64,000 nt of DNA from Macrostomum lignano. Taxonomy: Eukaryota. The translations under genes were made by a program, and so were the position numbers. The stretch is taken from NCBI GenBank assembly GCA_002269645.1, contig NIVC01001676.1, positions 186,001-250,000 on the forward strand, read 5' to 3'. Position 1 is the stretch's first letter. Each line of letters opens with the position of its first letter. Positions 35,601 to 49,975 of this stretch are shown one piece after another. Below the pieces are notes generated by a model. It did no database searches. It was not told where the DNA came from and saw nothing but the letters and a program-made list of their open reading frames with translations.

Positions 35601-38308
35601 ACTGAACACCATCGAAATCCTCTCCACGAAACAGAAATCCTCTTCATCAAAATTAAAACATTGAAATCGTCTCCGCTAAACTGGACTCAATCGAATTTTT
35701 TTCCGTCAAACAACTCAACTCTCCGGATTCATTGGTTAGGGTTAGGGTTAGGGTTAGGGTTAGAACTACGCACAGGTTTGTGTTAAAAGGCACTGATAAA
35801 AATATTGAACTAATTGAATCAATTCATTGCGCAACTGATTTCACAGTCAGTCAGTCAATCTAAATCAACCCTCCAATACACAGCAGCAGTGAGAAGTTGA
35901 ACCCTCCCCCAACTTTATCTATTACGTCTCGCAAAACTGAGTACAATTTTTGCAGAAAGTTAAAAGTATGGAAATAGTTTTTCAAATGCTGTGCTTTTTC
36001 TTTTCATATTTAAAGCAAACAACTTATATCCCCGAACTCAGCGTTGCAAGATCTTTCCAGCAATATAAGTTTCTCCTCTCAAAGTTTAAAACTCGAGGAA
36101 CAGTTAGCGTTTGAAATTTACCGATTTCCCGACTTCTTGCTAGAGAAGCTCGCAAGTTTATTCATTGAATTTCACTGCCCAGCTAATACACAGGGTCGAT
36201 AATAAAACCAATTGAATCTCGGCACAGTTCTATCTATCTTTTTACACTGTACAACAGCTATGTACACTCAGTCCAAGCCCAACCCCCGTTACGGGGGAAG
36301 CATTAAATTTAACTCAACCCGCCAACACGCGGGGGTTTTATTTGCATTGAACGTAGAACACGCGCACCCACCACCCCTCAATACACAGCGGCCCGCGGGC
36401 GGAGGTTGGGGTGGCTATTTTTACAAACTGGCTGAAGCCCCAGGCAGAGTGGCAAAAGAAGGTTATTGGGGTCAAAAAAGCAGTTTACACTGCGGTGATT
36501 CATTTATTTAATCTCAATATTATCTCCAGCCAATCACTCAATATGAAAATCAGTCTATAGCCCATGCACCTCCCCAAATGCACAGGGAGAGTCTAGGCTT
36601 GTGCATTGCACAGTCAGAATTGAAATTAATGAAACCCCTCCCCAGCCACTTAACGTTTTCACAATTGAAATCAAGAAATTTTCTATGACAAATTGCTCTG
36701 ATGCAGTTGAGATTTCGGAACAGAAAATTATACCATTCTGTTCAGTTTTTCAAACTCTTTCCAACGGTGTGATTCACTTTTCTGTAGCTTGAAAATTAAA
36801 AGCAGAAATTAAGGTGCAAGTTTTCCCGTTTCTTACTTGCAGAGCGCAATGTACACTCTGTGATGAGTTAAAAAATCAAGCCATCCATTCTCGCGCAGTG
36901 TGCACCTCCACCCCTTTTTAACACTGAGCAAGTAGGCCGCCAATTCTCAAGTGCCGGCGACCCTCCCCCAGCTGAAATGAAATACACTGCAGAGATAGGA
37001 GAAAAGTTGTGGCGCAACCATACAAAATAGCGTCAAGTGGGAAGTCCATGGAATGCGATATATAGACATCTGGTCTGGCTGTCTGGTTTGTGCTGTTTTC
37101 TGCTTTTTTGAAGCACTTAAAATTGAAATTTGAAAATGAATTTTAAATTGTAGCATCGTCGGGACATTTGACATGTTTTGGTACCGGTTTGAAAGTTGAG
37201 TTGCAAGAATCCTAGGAGGAGATCGTCGACAAACCCGGCCCACCGGCCCACCCTACCACCGGACCACGACGTCAGCTTTAGTATATACGAGTGGAACTCC
37301 TCCGTTGGAGGAGAAATCCGCTGAATTGATATCCCCGGAATCCCATGGTTGGAATGTTGAATCTGCAGAACTCCATATCGTAACCCTAACCCTAGCTCTT
37401 GGGCCAGCGAAATTGAGCTACTGAAACGATCGCCTGCCCCCGTTGATGCATATGCATTGCGCCATCACTGTCGCAGCCCGGTTCTCACAAATGTACACTG
37501 CATTTAGCCGAATTTATTCATTTATGCCGGCCTTGTTACTTGCAAGCGTACAGTAAAGATCTACAGTACAGTCTATAGCCCATGCACCTCCCCAAATGCA
37601 CAGGGAGAGTCTAGGCTTGTGCATTGCACAGTCAGAATTGAAATTAATGAAACCCCTCCCCAGCCACTTAACGTTTTCACAATTGAAATCAAGAAATTTT
37701 CTATGACAAATTGCTCTGATGCAGTTGAGATTTCGGAACAGAAAATTATACCATTCTGTTCAGTTTTTCAAACTCTTTCCAACGGTGTGATTCACTTTTC
37801 TGTAGCTTGAAAATTAAAAGCAGAAATTAAGGTGCAAGTTTTCCCGTTTCTTACTTGCAGAGCGCAATGTACACTCTGTGATGAGTTAAAAAATCAAGCC
37901 ATCCATTCTCGCGCAGTGTGCACCTCCACCCCTTTTTAACACTGAGCAAGTAGGCCGCCAATTCTCAAGTGCCGGCGACCCTCCCCCAGCTGAAATGAAA
38001 TACACTGCAGAGATAGGAGAAAAGTTGTGGCGCAACCATACAAAATAGCGTCAAGTGGGATGGGAAGTCCATGGAATGCGATATATAGACATCTGGCTGT
38101 CTGGTTTGTGCTGTTTTCTGCTTTTTTGAAGCACTTAAAATTGAAATTTGAAAATGAATTTTAAATTGTAGCATCGTCGGGACATTTGACATGTTTTGGT
38201 ACCGGTTTGAAAGTTGAGTTGCAAGAATCCTAGGAGGAGATCGTCGACAAACCCGGCCCACCGGCCCACCCTACCACCGGACCACGACGTCAGCTTTAGT
38301 ATATAGAT
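29615..38308 (+). repeat. Modular tandem chain of four units (29615-31157, 31158-34349, 34350-37287, 37288-38308), each ending in a conserved about 740-bp module A
   Basis: Module A copies start at 30416, 33607, 36552, 37570; identical short ORFs recur at offsets 3191/2945/1018; every unit starts CGAGTGGAACTCC and ends CAGCTTTAGTATATA. Confidence 0.93.
32788..32817 (+). repeat. Interstitial telomere-type repeat (GGTTAG)x5; second copy at about 35735-35763
   Basis: Read directly. Confidence 0.9.
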
Positions 38309-38658
38309 AGAGAAGATAGAGAGGATATGGAATGTCATAAATAGGCAGCAAAAAAACATAACCATATCGGGTTCTTTGTGGCCTAACCTTTATTTTAATA
38401 AAACATCAATATTATAAAAAGTTGAGATAAGTATAATTGGCAGAGGCTCATAATTGTCAGTGATGCACTTGTAACTATAATTTATTGTACGCACATCTGC
38501 GCCCCAGCCGCCCCGTCCCACAATCATGTACGTTGCTATCGATTGCTCAGCCAACCTCGCCCCTCTATATAATATGCTTTTTGGCACTCTTGAATAATAC
38601 ACGTATCTCTCGGTTGCGCGTTTATTACATGGCGTCGCAAGCTAGCTAGACTCAGAGC

Positions 38659-39591
38659 ATGGACCTGAAGCCACCCGAAGAGTTGGAGACGGACTCCAAC
38701 GAGTCTTGGAAACGCTGGCGACAGAGATTTTTGATATACCTCAAGGCAACAGGAATTGTTGGCGAAGAGCGTCGAATAAATTTGTTTTTGCACCTGATCG
38801 GTGACAATGGTCTTGACATTTATAACACCCTGGAGACAGAAATAGAAGAGGAAACAGCGGAGGGTGCAACGGCAAGGCGACCAATAGCTTTTGACGAGTT
38901 GCTGGAGCTATTCGATGAGCACTTCAGTCCGCGTACGAGCGAAGTCTTCGAGCGTTTTAAGTTCTGGGAACGCGACCAGAAGGAGTCTGAGCCAGTCGAC
39001 CTGTTTGTGACTGATTTGAAACGTCTGGCTGGAACGTGCAATTTCGAAACACAAAAAGAGAAAATGATTCGAGACAAGATTGTCCTGGGGTGCAACGACT
39101 CACGAATGCGAGAGCGGCTACTTCGAGAACCGGACTTGGACCTGAGAACGGCAATTGACATGTGCAGAGCTGCAGAGTCCGCGCGACATCAGCTAAAGGA
39201 AGTCGAGAAAGGCCTAAACGTCGTAAGGTTGTCACCTGCTCCGGCAGCGCCTCGGCAGCAACAAATCCGCAACTCAGGGCGCCCAGTGTCGAGTACAGCG
39301 GCCCAGTCGACGGCGCAGGGCCAACCTGGCCAAAGTTCGAACCCGAGTCAACTTTAGGGACGCCTTCCTGGAGAAAGTCGCTGTCACAACTGCGGTTACA
39401 GTCATCGTGATGGCAAGTGTCCGGCTTTCGGTAAGCGGTGTCTGTCCTGTGGCCGTCTGAACCACTTTCGCAGTCAATGCCGAAGCAACAATAACCGGAG
39501 GGTTATGACTGTAACAGCAGCTGAAGGTGAGGATGCTAGTGCTGGTGAAGAGGTGTATTTTATCGGAACGCTGCAGACTGATAATGGTTCC
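38659..39591 (+). pseudogene. gag of the gypsy element, with in-frame TAG at 39355-39357 before the zinc knuckles
   Basis: W..W..RF..YL motif, FERFKFWERDQKESE, LLREPDLDL; past the TAG, in the same frame, CHNCGYSHRDGKCPAFGKRCLSCGRLNHFRSQC. Confidence 0.88.
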
Positions 39592-39923
39592 TGAGGCGGC
39601 GTTTGACTTTAACTTATTTGAATGACTCGATGAACTTATGTGGATTTGAGCTGACTGACTTATTTTGCATCGCAACTTGTTTATTATATTTTCTGTTCTT
39701 ACTTATTTTATTCCTCTGCAAGTACATACTCATTTTCTCTAGTACACTCTGTCTACCTGTGTGCGCCTTGCCCACCACCCCAAATATTGTCACCTTCCAC
39801 CACTCTCTCCTGATCGCTATATAATATTTTGCTATTGACTATCGCTCTTTGAAATAAAGAATTTATCTCACCTCGTTCTAAAACTCACAGAACGAACTTT
39901 TCTTAGTCATTTGCGACACAACA
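39592..39923 (+). mobile_element. Solo LTR (332 bp) of a different element inserted at the gag-protease junction
   Basis: TG...CA ends; 5-bp TSD GTTCC (39587-39591, 39924-39928); internal TATATAA and AATAAA; removal restores ...DNGS|SWLAEV in frame. Confidence 0.9.
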
Positions 39924-39928
39924 GTTCC

Positions 39929-42406
39929 AGTTGGTTAGCAGAAGTTCAGCTTCCAGATGATAAAAAGCTGCAATGCAAGCTAGACACCGGAGCAGAGGTG
40001 AGCGTGTTGCCAGCAGATTATTTCCCAGTCGGTGAGCAGTTGCTAAAAACTCACACTGTGTTGACGGCTTTTGGAGGAGCTCGCATTCCTGTCGTTGGAA
40101 AGTGTCGTTTGAAGGTCAAGGTGCAGGGTCGGCCGTGCGAGATAGAGTTTATGGTTTCAGAGGTTCAACAAGCAATCATTGGTTTACCAGCGCTGAAGGA
40201 TCTGGACCTAACTCGACGAGTTGAAAGCGTTAGACAGCCACCGGTGATTGACGAAAAGTTCGTGCTAGAGGAATTCAGTGACCTGTTTGACGACAAACTT
40301 GGCTGTTTGCCTTACGTGCACTCGTTTACTCTCGATGAACATGCTGTTCCTGTCGTCAATGCTCCGAGAAAGATTCCCTTTGCGCTGCAAGGCAAGGTTC
40401 AGGAGGAGTTAAAGCGCATGGAGGCCCTCGGAGTCGTCGTTAAAGTTTCTGAGCCAACGGATTGGGTAAACTCTTTGGTTACTGTGCACAAGCCAGATGG
40501 CAGCCTGCGACTGTGTATCGATCCGACACATCTCAACAAAGCCATCAACAGTCGAGCAAGTTGTTGCGCGCATTCCAGGTGCCAAGTACTTCACCGTGCT
40601 GGATGCAAAGACTGGTTTTTGGCAGATAAGACTTGACGAAGAAAATACACAGCTCTGTACTTTCAACACTCCGTGGGGCAGATACAAATTTGTTCGCCTG
40701 CCCCCAGGAACTATTGATGCACCGGAAGTCTACCAACGTGAGCTAAGCAAAATTTTCAGCAGCTGGGCTGAGGTAATTGTTGATGATATGCTTGTCTGGG
40801 GACGGACCCGCGAAGAGCACGATCAGAAGCTACTCAAGGTGCTCAGTGAGGCCCGTCAGTCGAATTTAAAGCTAAATCGCAAGAAATTGAAAGTTGGTGT
40901 TTCTTCAGTAAACTATGTTGGTCACGTGATCTCATTTGACGGTGTTCGCCCAGATCCTGCTAAAGTAAAAGCCATTCAAGAGCTTCCGGTTCCAGGTGAT
41001 AAGCAGGCAGTGATGCGGCTGCTTGGCATGGCAACCTACCTGGGCAAGTTTATTCCGAATGCGTCGGACATCACTGAACCTCTTCGTGCCCTGCTCAAGA
41101 AGGAGGTGTTTTTTGACTGGCAAGAGAAGCAGCAGCAAGCTTTTGAGAAACTAAAAGATGTTCTGTCGGACGCTCCTGTGCTAAGGTTGTTTGACGCCGA
41201 TATGGAAGTTGAGCTTCAAGTTGACAGTTCATCGGTCGGAGTTGGTTGCGTTTTGCTGCAGAATGGACAGCCTGTGGCGTATGGATCGGCTGCGCTGACC
41301 AACACGCAAAAGAAAGAACTATGCTCAGATTGAGAAGGAGACTCTGGCCGTTGTTATTGCTTGCAAGAAATTTCATGACTACATCTATGGCCTTCCAGTA
41401 GTACGAGTGACTACAGACCACAACCCCTGGAGGTTATTTTTAAGCGTGACTTGCTGCATGTTCCGCCACGCATTTCTCGAATGCTGTACCAACTCAAAAG
41501 ATATAATCTGCGTGTATCCTGGGCACCGGGATCCAAGATGCTGATTGCCGATACGCTTTCAAGAGCTTACCTTCCGGAGGCCGAGGCTGCTCTAGACGAC
41601 GAAATTGAGGTGGAGGTGCATCAAATGAGCAAGAGCCTCCCGATTTCCGCCATTCGTTTGCAAGAAATCCGAGACGAGACCCGCAAAGATTCGGACTTAA
41701 GTTCTGTAGCCCGGTTTGTTCAGGCGGGTTGGCCAAGCAACTTTCGGAACATTTGCCACTCTGTCCGTCCGTATTGGAGCTTCAAGGAGGACTTGACCTA
41801 CAATGATGGCGTGCTGATGAAGTTGGACCGCGTTACTGTTCCAGCATCGTTGCGGCAGAAGATTCTGCAAATTTTACACGAAGGTCATGCTGGCGCGGGC
41901 AAGACGGAGGCCCGAGCTCGTCAAATTCTGTACTGGCCAGGCATGTCAGCGGACATTAAGAACTTCGTGAAGAACTGCAGCACTTGTCAAACTTTTCAGC
42001 CGGCCAACCCAAATGAACCGCTGTTGAACCATCAGATTCCGAATGCACCATGGACCAAGGTTGGCCTGAAATTGCGCTAATGGAATATCGAGCTTCACCA
42101 ATTAGCGGTACGAGCACCAGCCCCAGCGAGCTCATGTTCGGTCGGTTGATTCGTACGAAGCTGCCAGCAGGTGAGGAGGCGCTGCTCAAAGACAGAACAA
42201 CCGCATTCTCTAAAGCCCCGCTGCAGGCTGCTCAAAAACGGCACTACGACCAGCAAGCCCGACCGCTCTCAACACTGAATCAGGGAGATGCAGTTCGTTT
42301 TCGGCATGGTTTCAGATGGGAGCCAGCTGTTGTGACGCAAGCTGACCCGGAGCACCGCAACTACCGACTGCTGACTCAAAGCGGCGGGGAGCTGATTCGC
42401 AATTGA
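39929..42406 (+). pseudogene. pol (protease, RT, RNase H, integrase remnants) with frameshifts and deletions
   Basis: LDTGAEV, LRLCIDPTHLN, LDAKTGFWQI, IVDDMLVWG, VDSSSVGVGCVL, H..H.G...YWPGM...C..C; integrase catalytic core missing near 42067. Confidence 0.9.
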
Positions 42407-45400
42407 GGACGTCCAGCGGGCGGCCCAGGCGGCTCCGGCCGGCGATGAGTTGGCGGCATCAGACCTTGCGGAGCCTGAAGAGCCACTGCGCCACTCTGCC
42501 AGGGCCACAAAGGGCATTCCGCCTCTCCGCTACAGACATGACGTGTGAGTGATAGGGACAGTGACTTTTGTTTGTTTTCAAGGACTGTAACATGGATTTT
42601 CAATTAATCCGCTGATTTTGTTGCTGAAAAAATATTCCAAATATTTTTATTCCTTATCTAAATCGAATTTCGTTGTTGATTTTTTTTGTCTAAAAATGTT
42701 GAAAAAATTAATTTTTTGCATTTGTATTAATAGAAATATTTTTTTGAGTTCTCGCACATGCCTAATGCACAAATAATGAAATGTTTTGGAAGCAATAATT
42801 CCTTCGAGAAATTGATTTTAATTCCTCTCGATTTTTGCTATTAGAAGAGAGATGTCAGTGATGCACTTGTAACTATAATTTATTGTACGCACATCTGCGC
42901 TCCAGCCACCTCGTCCCCCAATCATGTACGTTGCTATCGATTGCTCAGCCCCCCTCGCCCCTCTATATAATATGCTTTTTGGCACTCTTGAATAATACAC
43001 GTATCTCTCGGTTGCGCATTCATTACAATAATTAAAAACTTAAAAGTACAAGATTTTAAAAGGAGATTATTACCTTTGCCAATGTTTCCATCTTCAAGTA
43101 GCTAAAATTTATTCTAATAAAAATATTTTTTAATATATAAGACTATTTATTTATGCAAACTTTGTTAATAAGTGTTATACTACTAGATATCAAAATAGAA
43201 ATTGCAATAAAAATAAAGGTTTTCATAATCAAAAAAGATTAAAGATAATTGTATTATATAACCAAGTTCAAACATGATGAATTATTTTTATTTTAGAGAC
43301 TGAAAAATGATTTGAGTGCCTAATCTGAATATAATATTGTATTTAATGAGCAAGTTTATATGTAGAAATAAATAGCGGCTATTTATCAATATTTCAATTA
43401 GAAACAAAATGGTATAATAGCCTCTTATCCTATGTTCTACAAGTTGATACTAGACATTAGTAGTAGAATCCAAAGGAATAGGGAAGGGGATCTCTCGGAG
43501 CCATATTGCAGATTTTGCCTATTTTATGCTAGAATAAAAAAGCTGCTGCTTTAGAAACTATACAATGGGAATTTTTAATGCTAAAATAATGTTTTGTAAA
43601 TATATTTATCCCTATTTAGAACAATTATAATACCATTGGCATTATAATTGACAAAATATATTACTAGCTATTTGTTAAAAGTGGGCCATTATACTAGTAT
43701 GCTATACTAGTTTCGCACCCTTGCAAGCCTATGTAGCTTGTAGGCTCTGACTGCCTTTGTTTAGTCATTTGCCTTCTCTCTGCCATAGTTCTAGTCACAC
43801 CACTTCTACTACTTAAACTAATTATTCTATTGTTGCATAGCCGCCAGCACATTATTAATTAAAGTATAAGACATTACAATAAACCAAATCTGCAGCCAAC
43901 ATTAGTAATAATGCTGAAAAATTTACTGTCAAGTGCTACTGCTATAATTCCACCTACCTCTACCACATTTATTTGTCTTCTTTTGCTCTCGATGCCACCA
44001 TGCCAATATTGTCACACTATATACTATTACCAATTCTATTAATGTCTATGCCCAAAAAGACTTACAAAGACTTTGTCTGTATACCATAATTTTTAGTATA
44101 CATAGGGGCCTACTAATTTTTGCAAAATGGCCTCTGAGGGACATCTCAGCTGGGACAAAAAGTCATTGCCTTTTTTACTTTCTTTTGGAGATTTTTTACT
44201 TGTGATAACAGTTTTTGATTAGAAAAGTATATATAGATATAGATATAGGTTTACCTTTTCACAATTTTTATGCATTTGCACCAGAATATTAGCTTGTTTT
44301 GTATAAGGCATCCTTTAATAGTGAAACCGCATAGGCCCTAGTCTAATCAACTCACTAAAAGTAAATGTATTTCAAGCTGAATCTGTTCCACATGTCCACC
44401 TGACCACCTTGATAGCAAAAGCAAGGTAAAGGCTAACAGTAGAGTGGCTGCTTTAAATCTTCAATAGTTTTGCTTAAAGGACCTATAATGTAATTTTATT
44501 ATTTGAGGACCCTAGAAAAAAACTGCAAATTTAGATTGTCTGCTAAAAACTAAAATGAAAGAATGCCTAAATTTCAGGGACTACTACAGTGTAAGTGTAA
44601 AGCGCAATCAGTTAAAAAAGGTAGAAAAATTTTTTCTTCAGTAGAAAATTTCCAACTTTTAAAAGAAGTTTAGACAACTTGATAATTTATCAGAATATAT
44701 GATTGCCTAAATGCCTTTAACTAACTTTGAATCCAATAAAGACTGGGAAAGTCTATTTCATAATTAGAAACAATAATCCGAATATATTACTACGAGCTAT
44801 GTTTCATGGAAAAGTTTCAGTTTAAATATTGACGTGTATTATCGATTAAACGTCGATTGTTGTACGAGTAACCCTGTTTCAATGAAAAAGCGTAGTTTTT
44901 TCATACATAAAAACAATTAAATAAAAACATGTAAAATTATTTTATTATTACCAACATATCTCTAAGACCTTGATTATCAAAAATGCCGTGAAAAGTGCTG
45001 AGCAAGTTACTCGCTACAAATAAACTTAAAAGAGTTCCTTGTTGTATCAGAGAGAGTGATTTTTTATTTATTCTCCCGCCCCTTTGTTAGAATTTCCAAA
45101 ATTGCTACAAAATGTTGATTGATATTTTCGTAAAACCAGTAAATTACGCTTGTATACACTTTTAGTGGGAAAACTGAAAAAGGAAAGGAACTAAGTTTGG
45201 GATTATTTTTCCAGTCGATATTTACGACGATTCTACCCTTTCATCTGTTTAATTGAATTAAAACTGACGTAAAATAGGGGTCGGGGACAGTGTTAAGCAC
45301 CTAGCTTTTGAAATTATGAAAGTTTTATATTTAAATTAGCAAATTAAAATGCATACCATGAAACCTCAGGGTATCAGTCACCCCGACATGGATATTTCTT

Positions 45401-45767
45401 AAAGCATCTTATCCAACAGCCAACACTTTTTGTTACTTATTTTTGTGTCCTTTCAAGCTGAGAGCTTCAGTCATTGGCTAAGAAAAGCAGGCCTTATCAT
45501 GCAAAGGACCGAAAGCAATTAAGCTGCTTGGTAAATGGTTTAGAAGCCTTTGGCTTAAATATTGCAGCACATCGCAAAGCAAATCTCTTTCCTCGGAGCA
45601 CTCCAGCCATCTGAGCTGCGATCCGTAAACAATGTTCTAACTAATTTGCTTGTTCCTTGATTCAACTCGTGGCCGTAGCAATTCACAATGCAGTAAAGGA
45701 AAAGAAGATTGAACACAGCCCAGCCCCCAAGCGACCGGGTAAAACACACCCCAGCTTTCAACCCAGT

Positions 45768-45775
45768 ATATAAAA
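45768..45775 (+). promoter_or_regulatory. Candidate TATA box for membrane-protein gene 1
   Basis: GTATATAAAA about 90 nt upstream of the ATG at 45861. Confidence 0.4.
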
Positions 45776-45860
45776 CTGGACTGTGCTTTCTGCTCAATGA
45801 AAGCTGCAGAGAAGAGAAACAATAAAATCCACTTTACTGCAGTCTCAGCTGCACGGGGAG

Positions 45861-48903
<3,043 letters not shown>

Positions 48904-49099
48904 AAGACTGAAAAAAGTTTTTCAACTTAAAGACGTTAAAATGTTTTCTTTTTTGTAGATCAATTATTGCTGTCACGGTACTCTGATGCCCTCAATCAAA
49001 TATATGAGTTACTTCGAATCTGTTGATTACATTTTGATTCTGTATCAAAAGTAACCTCTATTCTGTTTCTAGTCTGTCTACTTGCCTCCCGCTTAGTGT

Positions 49100-49450
<351 letters not shown>

Positions 49451-49975
49451 TCTCCATGTTCTCATCAGATCGCGAGCCCTCAGACGGGAGTCAGTCCTTA
49501 AGCTGGGAAGCCACTCGGTCATGCGGATGCGCCAACTCAATGCTCAAACCGAAGCCCCGGATCCTACGGCCTGTTTATTCAAAAAGTTCCAATAAAAACC
49601 CTGTCGCGGCCTGCGCCACCCCTGCCCCCGCTACGCCTCTCTGCCCCCGCGCTCTTTGGTGGTGGTGGTGGTGGGGGGGTATTCGAAATGTACGCGATAG
49701 AACGTACGCCAAAATGGGCCATAAGAAGACTTGTATCGCTGCTATCGCTCGGCACGCGCCCGCCTTATAAACATTACCTTAATGAAACTAGAGAGAGAGA
49801 GAGAGAGAGAGAGACCCCGGGAGACAGCGCTCGCACAGAAACAAGGAAGGCTTTGAAAAAATAATATCGAGCCGAGGCCTGTTTGTTCCATCCTATACCC
49901 CCTGAGCCAGTCAGCCCCCGGCTCAACAGGTTTGCTCATTGACCTCTGACGCACCCTTTGCTAAGAGGAACAAGC

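Larger units (their letters stand above)
38455..43027 (+). mobile_element. Full-length decayed Ty3/gypsy (Mag-like) LTR retrotransposon
   Basis: 175-bp LTRs 38455-38629 and 42853-43027 (TG...CA, 8 substitutions); 5-bp TSD ATAAT; PBS TGGCGTCGC at 38630; PPT AGAAGAGAGA; order gag-PR-RT-RH-IN. Confidence 0.96.

Noticed and set aside
30465-38365. Recurrent short ORFs (MHCTVRIEIN..., MKMPNPS..., MGRVCRRS...)
   Set aside because: They recur only because the DNA is duplicated; no motifs, non-ATG starts, and frames change between copies.
39355-39357. Programmed stop-codon readthrough in gag
   Set aside because: The TAG precedes the nucleocapsid knuckles rather than lying at the gag-pol border, and the element has many other lesions; a point mutation is simpler.
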